Assembly (NCBI GenBank): GCA_963702525.1
Contig: CAVPCY010000013.1
Coordinates: forward strand, 57,616-121,615
Length of the DNA stretch: 64,000 nt
Origin: an uncultured Actinomycetes bacterium
GTDB taxonomy: Bacteria > Actinomycetota > Coriobacteriia > Anaerosomatales > PHET01
Direction: 5' to 3'
The notes below the pieces were generated by a model. It was given only the letters and a program-made list of their open reading frames with translations. It did not search any database and had not been told where the DNA came from. A program made the translations under genes and the position numbers. Below are positions 36,656-46,187 of this stretch, piece after piece. Position 1 is the first letter of the stretch; every line of letters starts with the position of its first letter.

Positions 36656-37773
36656 GCGAGGAGCGCCCCCGCCGATACAAGCCGTCCCAAGCTCCCGAGG
36701 TACCCTCCGGCTACCGCCAGTCACGCCGGGGGTCGAAGGCCGCCAAGTCGGCGAAGCGCGCCGATCGGCAGCATCGGATGTTCACCGGGTTGAGCCGTGT
36801 GGGCAAGGGCGCCAGGAATCTGCTCTACGTCGCCGCATGGGCGCTCGGAGCGATCGGTCTGGCGCTGCTCGCTGTCTTGCTGGTCGTGACCGCTGTCAAC
36901 ACCGTCGCGAGGTGGAACGCACAGCGAGAGGCGCAACAGGCGGTCACGCCCGCCCGGCGGGCCCTGCACGAGAAGGAAGATGTGCTGGTGATCGCGACCG
37001 AGGGGGATCGCGCGACCGGATTCCTCGCGATGCGCATCGACTCGAAAGGCGGGCAGGTCTACGGGATAGCGATACCCGACGGCGCGTTCGTCGACGTACC
37101 CGGCCAGGGCTTCCAACGCATCGGCGAGGCGTATGAGGCCGGTGCCCAAGTCGCGCTCTCGGCTGTTTCGAACTACTTGACTGTCCCGTTCAAGAACTAC
37201 GTCGTAGTACCGAAGGCGGCCTACTCTGTTGCGCTCAGGGAGATGTCGGTTGACGGCTTGGTGGCAGCGGCCACGAAGAGCAACCTCAACTCCGCCGAGC
37301 TCAAGGAGCTCGGGACGGCGCTTGGGCGCATCGACCAGAAGAACGTGGCGCTGGTTCCGATGCCCGTGAAGCCCATCAAGCTGGGCGACCAGACCTACTT
37401 CGAGCCTCAACGCAAGGAGATCGCCGACCTGCTTCGCCAGTGGTGGGGTGTGGATGCGAGCAGGGAGGTCAGGTCAGTACGTGTCATCGTCTACAACGGA
37501 GTGGGCAAGCCCGGGGCCGCAGGCGAGGCTGCTCAGCAGCTGATCCGTGGGGGGTTCCGTGTGGTGGACACGAAGAACGCCGACAGCTTCAACTACGACA
37601 AGACGAAGATCATCGTCCTGCGAGGCACGATGGCCCAGGGCGAGTCCGTCAAGGCCGCGCTCGGTGTCGGAGAGGTCAGTTCCGATCCCTCCACCGGCGA
37701 CGTGACCGACGTGATCGTGATCGTGGGCAAGGACTTCAAAGCCACGCCCGCACAAGGGGAAGGAGCGCAGTGA
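36652..37773 (+). CDS. LCP (LytR-CpsA-Psr) family protein with a LytR_C domain
   Basis: ATGA overlap. N-terminal TM segment, LCP core (VLVIATEGDR...IAIPDGAFVDVPGQGFQRIGEAY) and a C-terminal VRVIVYNGVGKPGAAG. Confidence 0.8.
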   Translation: MSEERPRRYKPSQAPEVPSGYRQSRRGSKAAKSAKRADRQHRMFTGLSRVGKGARNLLYVAAWALGAIGLALLAVLLVVTAVNTVARWNAQREAQQAVTPARRALHEKEDVLVIATEGDRATGFLAMRIDSKGGQVYGIAIPDGAFVDVPGQGFQRIGEAYEAGAQVALSAVSNYLTVPFKNYVVVPKAAYSVALREMSVDGLVAAATKSNLNSAELKELGTALGRIDQKNVALVPMPVKPIKLGDQTYFEPQRKEIADLLRQWWGVDASREVRSVRVIVYNGVGKPGAAGEAAQQLIRGGFRVVDTKNADSFNYDKTKIIVLRGTMAQGESVKAALGVGEVSSDPSTGDVTDVIVIVGKDFKATPAQGEGAQ

Positions 37774-38162
37774 ACTCGAGCAAGGAGTTCGCTCTGGTCG
37801 CCGCCGATGCCGCGAGCGACAGGAAGGCGGCCGACATAGTCGCCATCGAGGTGTCGGAGCTACTCGTTGTGACCGACTACTTCGTGATCTGCTCCGGTAA
37901 CACGGACATCCAGGTTCGTGCCATCGCCGACCAGGTCGAGGACCGGCTTCGTGAAGAGTGCGGGATCAAGCCGATCGGCCGAGAAGGCGTGGGTGAGGGC
38001 AAGTGGGTCCTGCTCGACTTCGGCGATCTGGTCGTCCACGTATTCCAGCCTGAGGAGAGGGCGTTCTACCGACTCGAGAACCTGTGGAGCGACGCGCCGA
38101 GACTGGAGCTGCCGGCGAGCACTGCCCCAGGTCAGTCCGCTCCGAGCGAAGACGCCGAGTAG
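37770..38162 (+). CDS. rsfS: ribosome silencing factor RsfS
   Basis: GTGA overlap. Motifs KAADIVAIEV...TDYFVICSGNTDIQVRAIAD...W.LLDFGDLVVHVF. The ORF-track start at 37440 is a spurious extension. Confidence 0.9.
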   Translation: MNSSKEFALVAADAASDRKAADIVAIEVSELLVVTDYFVICSGNTDIQVRAIADQVEDRLREECGIKPIGREGVGEGKWVLLDFGDLVVHVFQPEERAFYRLENLWSDAPRLELPASTAPGQSAPSEDAE

Positions 38163-38166
38163 GTCC

Positions 38167-39192
38167 GTGCACAGTCGCGCTTCTCGTTTCGGCGTGCCTG
38201 CAGCACTCGTGGGCGTTGCAGGCATCTGGGGATTCACCTTCGTCATCGTCGCCGATGCGATCTCCCGCTACCCCATGTTCGCCTTCCTGGCCTGGCGTTT
38301 TGCGGTCGCGTCGGTCTCGTTCGTGGTTCTGTTCCCTCGGGTGCTGCGAAAGCTCGACGCGCAGAACCTCAGGATGGGACTGCTGGCCGGCCTGCTGCTA
38401 TCCGCTGGTTACATCTTCCAGACATGGGGCCTAGCGCCGGATGTGGGCACAACTCCCGCTCGGGCCGCTTTCATCACGGGGCTCTACGTGATCATCGTGC
38501 CCCTCATGCAAGCGGTCTACCTGCGCAGACTACCGAGGAAAGCCACGCTCGCGGGTGCGGGAATGGCGCTGGCGGGGCTGTGGCTGCTGTCCAATGCCGG
38601 CCCCGACGGGAGCTGGTCGACCGGCGACGCCCTCGTGGCCATCTGCGCGGTCGCCTACTCACTGCACATGATCGCTTTGGGCTCCACGGACGAGCGCCAC
38701 GATACCGCTGCGCTCACGCTCATCCAATTGCTGACGGTCGCGGTCGTGTGTGGCGTCATCTCACTGCTGCGCGAGAACGCTCCGATGCCGGCGGACGGCT
38801 ATGTGTGGTTCGCCATCCTTGTGTGCGGCGTTCTCGCATCCGCCGTGGCGTTCGTCGTGCAGACGTGGGCCCAGCGGCGCATACCACCGGCCCGCGTCGC
38901 GCTCATCTTGGTCACTGAGCCGGCGTTCGGCGGTCTGTTCGGGTGGTGGACGGCGGGCGTGTGGCCGATTCGCGAGGTGATCGGGGCGGCGATGATGCTG
39001 GGCGGGATGATCACCAGTGAGGCTGTTGCGGCTCATGGCTCCGCAGGCCGAGGGGGTCACGTTCGAGCCGGCGATGGAGGGCATCCCGGCACCGGTCCTG
39101 GACGACGGTCACAAGCCGTCCGGGCTGTTCGAGGAGCAGTGAGCAGAAGGGGCGCAAAGGTGCCATGCAGCAGGGCCCGAGCGCGCTATTGA
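38167..39192 (+). CDS. EamA/DMT-family transporter (3' end doubtful, see findings)
   Basis: The GTG at 38167 lies 5 nt after the rsfS stop. About 10 TM segments in two EamA repeats. The Arg-rich tail after about 39015 has low GC3, while the +1 frame has high GC3 and stops at 39142. Confidence 0.75.
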   Translation: MHSRASRFGVPAALVGVAGIWGFTFVIVADAISRYPMFAFLAWRFAVASVSFVVLFPRVLRKLDAQNLRMGLLAGLLLSAGYIFQTWGLAPDVGTTPARAAFITGLYVIIVPLMQAVYLRRLPRKATLAGAGMALAGLWLLSNAGPDGSWSTGDALVAICAVAYSLHMIALGSTDERHDTAALTLIQLLTVAVVCGVISLLRENAPMPADGYVWFAILVCGVLASAVAFVVQTWAQRRIPPARVALILVTEPAFGGLFGWWTAGVWPIREVIGAAMMLGGMITSEAVAAHGSAGRGGHVRAGDGGHPGTGPGRRSQAVRAVRGAVSRRGAKVPCSRARARY

Positions 39193-39216
39193 CCGGCTTC
39201 TAGCCGCTGGTATACT
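39189..39216 (+). promoter_or_regulatory. promoter candidate for tRNA-Ala (TTGACC-16-TGGTATACT)
   Basis: -35 TTGACC at 39189-39194 and an extended -10 (TGG+TATACT) at 39208-39216, 33 nt upstream of the tRNA. Confidence 0.55.
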
Positions 39217-39249
39217 ACCGCTTGCCGCTTTGGGGCGGCACCCAGATGT

Positions 39250-39325
39250 GGGGCCTTAGCTCAGCTGGGAGAGCGCCTGGCTGGCAGCCAGGAGGTCAGG
39301 GGTTCGATCCCCCTAGGCTCCACCA
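39250..39325 (+). tRNA. tRNA-Ala (anticodon GGC)
   Basis: 76 nt: acceptor GGGGCCT/AGGCTCC with the G3:U70 Ala identity pair, anticodon stem CCTGG/CCAGG with loop CTGGCAG, T-arm AGGGGTTCGATCCCCT, encoded CCA. Confidence 0.93.
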
Positions 39326-39335
39326 ATCGAACCTC

Positions 39336-39365
39336 ACGCCCGTCGGAGTTCCGGCGGGCGTTCTT
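39336..39365 (+). terminator. terminator after tRNA-Ala
   Basis: An 11-bp stem (ACGCCCGTCGG / CCGGCGGGCGT, one G-U pair) with loop AGTT, then TCTTG. Confidence 0.6.
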
Positions 39366-39475
39366 GCGTCTGGCGCCGGTGTCGCCACACAACCGTTTCG
39401 CGCCCGTGCGCGCCCTCGGCTAGAATCACTCGCATCGGAATCTGTCGGCGAAAGACCCTTTGGAGGGCCTGCACA

Positions 39476-42014
39476 GTGAGTGAAGCCCGGTATCACCCGC
39501 GAGACATCGAGCCCAAGTGGCAGGCCGTGTGGGAGCGGGACGGCGCGTATCGGGCCACCGAAGACCCCGACAAGCCCAAGAAGTACGTGCTCGAGATGTT
39601 CCCGTACCCTTCGGGCGACATCCACATGGGGCACGTGCGCAACTACACCATCGGTGACGTGGTCGCCCGCCAAGCGGTCATGAGGGGCTTCTCGGTCCTC
39701 CACCCGATCGGCTGGGACGCGTTCGGTCTGCCTGCCGAGAATGCGGCGATCAAGAGCAACAGCCATCCCGCGAAGTGGACCTACGCGAACATCGAGACCC
39801 AGGCGGCATCCTTCAAGCGCATGGGCTTCTCGTACGACTGGGACCGCACCGTCAAGTCGTGCGATCCCGAGTACTACCGATGGGGCCAATGGATCTTCCT
39901 GAAGTTCTGGGAGAAGGGGCTCGTCGAGCGGAAGAGCTCGCCGGTCAACTGGTGTCCGGACTGCGCGACGGTGCTCGCCAACGAGCAGGTGCTCGGCGAT
40001 GGAGTGTGTTGGCGCTGCAAGAGCGTCGTCCAGAAGCGCGAGCTCGAGCAGTGGTACTTCAAGATCACCGAGTACGCCCAGGAGCTCTTGGACGACTTGG
40101 ACGACCTTCCCGGTTGGCCCGAGCGCGTCAAGACGATGCAGGCGAACTGGATCGGTCGAAGCGAGGGTGCAGAGGTCGACTTCGAGCTCTGCGACGCCGG
40201 CGGCATGCCGAGCGGGGATCGGATCACCGTGTTCACCACCCGGCCCGATACGCTGTTCGGATGCACGTTCTTCCTGCTCGCGCCGGAGCACCCCCGTGTG
40301 CGGGAGTTCGTTGAGGGCACCGAGTACGAAGCAGACGTGATGGCGGTGGTGCACGCCGCCGGCAGGGAGACCGCGGTAGAGCGGCAGCTCGGCGAGCGTG
40401 AGAAGAACGGGGCCTTCACCGGACGCCACGTGGTCAATCCCGTGAACGGCGAGAAGGTTCCGGTATGGGTGAGCGACTACGTCTTGATGGAGTACGGCAC
40501 GGGTGCGGTCATGGCGGTCCCCTCAGGCGACCAGCGCGACTTCGAGTTCGCGCGTAAGTACGGCCTGCCGATTCCGCCCGGTCGTCGTTGCCGATGACGA
40601 TCCGCTTCTCGGCGAGTTGTCGGACGCGCGCGACCGTGTGCGCGACGACGTGCCGTGGGCAGAGGCCTTCGCCGGTGGCGGGGTGATGGTGCAGTCCGGC
40701 GATTTCACGGGCTTGCGCGGCGGCAAGGACTCCGAGGGGATGCGGGCGGTCACCGAGTGGCTCGACGCGCGCGACATGGGCCGGTTCTCGATCAACTTCC
40801 GCCTGCGCGACTGGCTCATCAGCCGGCAGCGCTACTGGGGCAACCCGATACCCGCGGTCCACTGTGCTGTCTGCGGACTCGTGCCTGTGCCCGAGGACGA
40901 GCTGCCCGTGGTCCTGCCGATGGACATCGACATAACGAAGAGCGAGACTCTCGCCGACCATCCCGAGTTCTACGAGACCACGTGTCCGAAGTGCGGTGGG
41001 GATGCCAAGCGCGAGACAGACACGATGGACACCTTCACCTGCTCGAGCTGGTACTACCTGCGCTACTGCGACGCGCGCAACGACTCCGAGCCGTTTGCGC
41101 GCGACAAGGCCGACTACTGGATGCCGGTCGACCAGTACATAGGTGGCATCGAGCACGCCATCCTGCACCTCCTGTACTCGCGTTTCTTCACCAAGGTTCT
41201 GCGCGACTTGGGGCTGCTCGGCTTCGACGAGCCTTTCACCAACCTGCTGACCCAAGGCATGGTGAAGAAGGACGGCGAGACGATGTCCAAGTCGAAGGGA
41301 AACGTTGTCGCCCCCGAGGAGATCATCGAGCGCTTCGGCGCCGACACGCTGCGCGCCTACATCCTGTTCATGGCGCCGCCCGACAAGGACCTCGAGTGGA
41401 GCTACGAGGGCGTCGAGGGCATGCATCGCTGGCTGTCGCGCGTGTGGCGGTTCGTGACCGAGACGGCCGAAGAGGTGGCGTCCGGGTGCGGCGTCGCTGC
41501 ATCGGGTGATAGTGCAGCCAAGACGCTCCATCGCGAGATGCACCGCGTCACCGGCAAGGTGACCGACGACGTCGAGCGATTCCAGTTCAACACGGCGATT
41601 GCCGCGATGATGGAGCTCACGAACGCGGCTTATGACTACCGCAACGCCATTGCGTCGGGTTCGCGTGACCTTGCGTTGCTCAAGGAGGTCGCCGAGCGGC
41701 TCACGCTGCTGCTCGCGCCTTTCACTCCGCACATGGCCGAGGAGCTGTGGCGGGAGGTGCTCGGTGCTCCCGGGTCAGCGCACACCGCCCAATGGCCGGC
41801 TTTCGACGCCTCAGCCGCGGCGGCGGACGAGATCGAGCTCGCGGTGCAGGTCAACGGCAAAGTCCGAGGCAAGGTCGTGCTGGCTGCGGATGCCCCCGAG
41901 GATGCCGTGATCTCGGCTGCGCTCGCCGAGGTGGCGAACTGGGTCGAGGGCAAGGACGTGAAGAAGGTCGTGGTCGTTGCCGGCAAGCTCGTCAGCGTGG
42001 TCGTTGCCGGCTGA
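39476..42014 (+). pseudogene. leuS: leucine--tRNA ligase, reading frame broken by an apparent 1-nt insertion near 40577
   Basis: ORF 39476..40597 carries the N-terminal half (HMGHVRNY, ...[21 protein letters not shown]). ORF 40503..42014 continues in the +1 frame (PVVVADDDP...[18 protein letters not shown]...KMSKSKGN). Skipping one C of the CCC run at 40577-40579 joins them. Confidence 0.9.
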
Positions 42015-42121
42015 TGCAACGGTCAGTTCCGGGTAGGCTGGTGGTACGCGCCTGGTAACCAGCGTCGGGCGATGATGCTCCCGCGGGTCGAGTGAAGGCG
42101 ACCCGCATCACCGATATGACC

Positions 42122-42154
42122 GGCCCCCTCCGTCGCGTCGGCAGGGGGCCTTTT
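42122..42154 (+). terminator. intrinsic terminator after leuS
   Basis: Stem GGCCCCCT / AGGGGGCC followed by TTTT at 42151-42154. The comEA ATG follows 1 nt later. Confidence 0.65.
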
Positions 42155-42155
42155 C

Positions 42156-42879
42156 ATGTCCGAGTTGATAGAGCGGACACTGCGCGATCTCGGTCGACGT
42201 GCCGGTCTGCGGGACGTGCCGGCCGGTGTCGTGGGCGCAGTGGTCTGCGTTGCGATGGTGGCGGTTGTGTGGGCCGGGTGGCGCTGGTGGCCACGAGACG
42301 CCAGCGCGGGTGTCTCGGGCAGAGGCGAGGTCTTCTCAGCCGAGATCGCCGATGCACCGGCGGGAAGTGCGGGAGCCGACGCGTCGGCGCCGTCGTCCGG
42401 CGCGAGCACCGTCCCGGTACCGGCCACACTGTTCGTCCACGTCGCGGGGCACGTTCGGCGACCCGGTGTCTACGAACTGACCGTAGGATCGCGTGCTGTG
42501 GATGCGATTGAGGCAGCAGGGGGCGTTGTAGGGGACGCGGCACCGGATGCGCTCAACCTGGCCAGGGTCCTTGTCGACGGCGAGCAGGTGGTCGTTCCGT
42601 CCGCCGAGGAAGCTGCCGCTACGGTGGCGGGGGCGGGCGGAGGAGCGGGGCCACCGGGAGCCCCCGGTGCTCCGGGTAGCGTCGGTCGTGGTCGACATCA
42701 ACACAGCCGACGTGACGCAGCTCGATACGCTGCCCGGCGTCGGGCCGTCCACCGCAGCCAAGATCGTGGCCGAACGCGAGGCGAACGGACCGTTCACCGG
42801 AGTAGAGGATCTGGCGAGGGTCTCGGGCATCGGTCCCAAACGGATCGAGCAGCTGAAGGACCTCGTTCGTGTCCGTTAG
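42156..42879 (+). pseudogene. comEA: competence protein ComEA (TM + SLBB + helix-hairpin-helix), frame broken near 42684
   Basis: ORF 42156.. encodes the TM segment and SLBB domain (LFVHVAGHVRRPGVYEL). The HhH domain (VVVDINTADVTQLDTLPGVGPSTAAKIV...ISGIGPKRIEQL) is in the +1 frame and ends at 42879. Skipping one G at 42684 joins them. Confidence 0.85.
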
Positions 42880-45598
42880 CCGCCGCTGCCCGATGAGGCC
42901 CTCGATTCCGCCGCTGGCTTGGGTGGCCGCGGCTACGTGGGTCGGAGTGGCGTGCGCCGAGGCGCTCGTGTGGAACGGCGCTCCGAGCCCCCTGATAGGG
43001 CTGTCCGTGTCCGCCGCGGGCGGAGTGGGTGCCCTCTGGCTTCGGAAACGCGGGTGGATTGCGGCCGTCGCCGTGGGTCTGGCAGCGGGGATGGCGCTTG
43101 GCACGCTGTTCTGGAGCCACTTGGCCGCCCAGGCCCTGCAGCTCGAGGAGCTCAACGGCAGGGAGCTCGTAGCCGAGGTTGTGAGCGACGCGGCGAAGGG
43201 TGCCTACGCCGACCGTTCGAAGGTGCGGCTCGCGGGTGCGGCGGGCGCTCAGGTCGAGGCCGCGTGGTCGAGAATCGACGCGCCGCCGGCGGGTGCACTG
43301 GTCGCGGCGAGGCTGAGGTTCCGAGACGGGGCGCGTGACGAATGGGCGCGGAGGCGCCACCGCGCCGGGGTTGCGGGAACCGCCTCGGCGAAGACCGCAC
43401 GAGTCCGCGGCTGGTCTCGGAGTCTCCGCGGGGCTGTCGGGCCTTGGCGGGAGGGCTCGTGGTCGCGCGTGCGTGCCATACGCGGCGAGGGGAGTGCGCT
43501 TGTCGCGGGCGTGGTGCTCGGCCATCGAGAGGACCTCACGGGCACAGCGGCGGACAGCGACTTCCGCACGACCGGGCTTACGCATCTGGTCGCTGTGAGC
43601 GGCAGTCATCTTGTCGTGGTGGCTGCGATCATCGCGTGGGTGCTTGGCCGGCTCCGCATGCCACGGGTCGGTGTCGTGGCGGCGACCGTGGGTGTCGTAG
43701 GGCTCTACGTGGTTGCGAGCGGCGTACAGCCCTCGGCCGTACGCGCGTGGCTGATGGCGGCCTTCGCGGCCATTGCGATGACGACGGGCCGCAGGGTCGA
43801 CTCGGTCGCGGGCCTGTCCGCGGCGGTGTGCTTCGCGTTGGCCACGTATCCCCCGGTCGCCTTCGACATGGGCTTCCAGCTCTCAGTAGCGGCTGTTGCG
43901 GGCTTGATCATGTTCTCGCGACTGGTCGACGCGTGGCTGGCATCCGCGTTGTTCGGACCGCTCAGCGCACTCTCGGGGCCGCTTGCCCTCACGCTGACGG
44001 CTCAGGCCGCAACCACGCCGCTCGTCGCTGCAGCGTTCGGGTCGCTCTCGCTTGTTGCCCCGCTCTCAAACCTGTTGGTCGGACCGCTGGTCTCTGTCGT
44101 GCTCGTGCTCGGGCTGGTAGGTGTGGGCACGGGTGGCGCCTGGCCGGCCGGCTCACACGCGTCACTCGACGCTGCCTGCGCCACGGCGGCTGTCGCGCAA
44201 GCCATCGCCGGCCGGCTGGCGGGAGTACCGTACGCTTCCATACCGTGGAGTGGATCCGTGCTCGTCGCGTGTTCGGTCGTGCTGACAGGGGCTTGCGTCA
44301 TATGGGTCTTGTGGCCCACGCCCCGCGCGCTGTATGCGCGGCTCGGTGTTGCCGCAGGGCTGGCGCTTACGGCAGGCGTCGTCGCTGGTCCGCGCCCTCC
44401 GTCCGGGACGTCGATCGTCGTCATGGACGTGGGGCAGGGCGACGCGGTTCTTGTCCGGGACGGTTCGCACGCCATGCTTGTCGACACTGCCGCCGATCCG
44501 TCCGCCCTCCGGGAAGCGCTGCTGCGCAATGGCGTGAGGGCGCTCGAGAACGTCGTGATCACTCACCTGCACGATGACCACTACGGTGGCTCGCCCGCGC
44601 TTGAGGGCACGATCCGAGTAGGCAGGGTCACAGTCAGCCGGGGTGGCGCCTCGCAGCTGCCCGAGGCGATCTCGCGACTGCGTGCACCCATACACGAGGT
44701 GAGTGCGCCCGCGACCCTCACGTGCGGGCGCATCGCCCTTACGGTGGTATCACCGCTGGCCGAGCCGGCTGACTGCGCCTCCAATGAGGCGAGCATAGTC
44801 CTGCTCGTAAGGTCTGGAGGCTTCTCGGCGGTATTGACCGGCGATGCCGAGGCCGACGTCCTCGACCCCTTGGCGTCCGGCGGCGAGATGGGCGACCTCG
44901 ATGTGATCAAGGTAGGTCACCACGGGAGCAGGGATGCGGTAAGCCCCCGCACCCTCCAGAACCTCAGACCCGAGGTCGCCGTGATCAGCGTGGGTGCTCA
45001 CAACCGCTTCCGCCACCCGGCTCCCTCGACTGTCGAGATGTTGGAGGGTGCAGGGGTACGCGTTCTGAGGACCGACAGAGTCGGTGACGTGCGGATCGAG
45101 TTCGGCGAGGACTCTTGGCGCGTATCGACGTCATCCCGCTTAGCGGCGGCACGCATGTATGAGAGACTGGCAGAAGCGAGCGCACGTAGCGGCCTGAGGG
45201 CCTGTCTGGGGGTCAGTAGCGGTGTCATCACCCGATCTCAAGCCCATCTACCTGATCTTGAGCGAACAGGACTTCCTGCTTCGTCAGGCTCTCGATCGGT
45301 TGCGCGTGCGGGTTGGCGAGGTAGCGGATCTCGACTTCAACCTCGAGACCTTCGAAGGGGACTCCGCCTCGGTGGATGCGATCGTTGCGGCCTGCAATAC
45401 GCTGCCGTTCGCCTCAGATCACCGCCTCGTCATCGTCAACAGCGTGGACAAGCTCTCGAAGGACGCCGCAGAGACGCTGGTCGCCTACGCAGCGGATCCA
45501 TCACCCACCTGCATACTGGCGCTGGCCGCCCCCAAGATCGCGAAGAACACCCGGCTGTACAAGGCGGTGGACCGCTTGGGCGGTGTGCTCGAGCGTAA
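42869..45598 (+). CDS. comEC: DNA internalisation competence protein ComEC/Rec2 (3' end uncertain)
   Basis: Polytopic competence domain plus a metallo-beta-lactamase domain (VVMDVGQGDAVLV, THLHDDHYGG, KVGHHGS). The last ~150 codons overlap holA out of frame and are Arg-rich with poor GC3. Confidence 0.8.
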   Translation: MSVSRRCPMRPSIPPLAWVAAATWVGVACAEALVWNGAPSPLIGLSVSAAGGVGALWLRKRGWIAAVAVGLAAGMALGTLFWSHLAAQALQLEELNGRELVAEVVSDAAKGAYADRSKVRLAGAAGAQVEAAWSRIDAPPAGALVAARLRFRDGARDEWARRRHRAGVAGTASAKTARVRGWSRSLRGAVGPWREGSWSRVRAIRGEGSALVAGVVLGHREDLTGTAADSDFRTTGLTHLVAVSGSHLVVVAAIIAWVLGRLRMPRVGVVAATVGVVGLYVVASGVQPSAVRAWLMAAFAAIAMTTGRRVDSVAGLSAAVCFALATYPPVAFDMGFQLSVAAVAGLIMFSRLVDAWLASALFGPLSALSGPLALTLTAQAATTPLVAAAFGSLSLVAPLSNLLVGPLVSVVLVLGLVGVGTGGAWPAGSHASLDAACATAAVAQAIAGRLAGVPYASIPWSGSVLVACSVVLTGACVIWVLWPTPRALYARLGVAAGLALTAGVVAGPRPPSGTSIVVMDVGQGDAVLVRDGSHAMLVDTAADPSALREALLRNGVRALENVVITHLHDDHYGGSPALEGTIRVGRVTVSRGGASQLPEAISRLRAPIHEVSAPATLTCGRIALTVVSPLAEPADCASNEASIVLLVRSGGFSAVLTGDAEADVLDPLASGGEMGDLDVIKVGHHGSRDAVSPRTLQNLRPEVAVISVGAHNRFRHPAPSTVEMLEGAGVRVLRTDRVGDVRIEFGEDSWRVSTSSRLAAARMYERLAEASARSGLRACLGVSSGVITRSQAHLPDLERTGLPASSGSRSVARAGWRGSGSRLQPRDLRRGLRLGGCDRCGLQYAAVRLRSPPRHRQQRGQALEGRRRDAGRLRSGSITHLHTGAGRPQDREEHPAVQGGGPLGRCARA

Positions 45599-46187
45599 GG
45601 CCCCCCGAGGGGCCGAGTTCGTCCGAGGGGTCATCGGCCTGGCGTCGGACCGGAACAAGCGCATGTCGGCCGATGCGGCCCAGGCGTTGGTCTCGGCGAC
45701 CGGAGAGGACTTGCGACTCGTCTCCGTCGAACTCGACAAGCTCATCGCGTACGTAGACGAGGCCGAGGAGATCACGCGCGAGGACGTCGAGAAGGTCGTC
45801 GCCAACGCGGCGAAGGCCAAGAGCTGGGAGTTGGGGGAAGCACTCGCTGACCGGGACTGTCGCAGGGCGCTCGTGCTGGCAGCCAGTATCTTGCGCGAAG
45901 GGGAGTCGGTCTTCGCCCTGCACGCGACGGCGCTTCGTACGGTGCGCGAGCTGATGACCGCCCGGGCGCTGATCGATCGCGGCGAGACTTCAGCCGATGC
46001 GCTCGCCCGACGGCTGGGCAGGCAGGAGTGGCAGGTCAGGCGGCTGCCGCGTCAGGCGCGCGCCTTCGACTCGGCCGAGTTGGTCGATCTGCTTCGGGCC
46101 GCAGCCGCGGGGGAGGCCGAAATGAAGACGAGCCGGGATGCCCGGCTCGTCTTCGAACGCTGGATAGTCAGGGTGTGCGGCGCTTAG
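45222..46187 (+). CDS. holA: DNA polymerase III subunit delta
   Basis: Position after comEC. N-terminus [20 protein letters not shown]... and a C-terminal helical domain typical of HolA. Confidence 0.8.
   Translation: MSSPDLKPIYLILSEQDFLLRQALDRLRVRVGEVADLDFNLETFEGDSASVDAIVAACNTLPFASDHRLVIVNSVDKLSKDAAETLVAYAADPSPTCILALAAPKIAKNTRLYKAVDRLGGVLERKAPRGAEFVRGVIGLASDRNKRMSADAAQALVSATGEDLRLVSVELDKLIAYVDEAEEITREDVEKVVANAAKAKSWELGEALADRDCRRALVLAASILREGESVFALHATALRTVRELMTARALIDRGETSADALARRLGRQEWQVRRLPRQARAFDSAELVDLLRAAAAGEAEMKTSRDARLVFERWIVRVCGA

Noticed and set aside
37440-38166. Long upstream extensions of the rsfS ORF (from 37440) and of the EamA ORF (from 37918).
   Set aside because: They overlap the LCP gene and rsfS out of frame. 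The conserved N-termini start at 37770 and 38167, right after the preceding stop codons.
39326-39475. Possible T-box leaders upstream of leuS (39326-39475) and glyQ (62427-62542), as found in Firmicutes.
   Set aside because: The spacers are only about 150 and 115 nt, too short for Stem I through the antiterminator. I see no AGGGTGGTACCGCG-type T-box sequence and no terminator just before the start codons.
42036-42050. GGTGGTACGCG in the leuS-comEA spacer, which resembles the T-box core GGTGGTACCGCG.
   Set aside because: One base is missing relative to the core. It lies downstream of leuS, not upstream. A Stem I/specifier region would have to lie inside the leuS coding sequence. comEA is not an amino-acid-related gene. 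The resemblance is probably chance in G+C-rich sequence.
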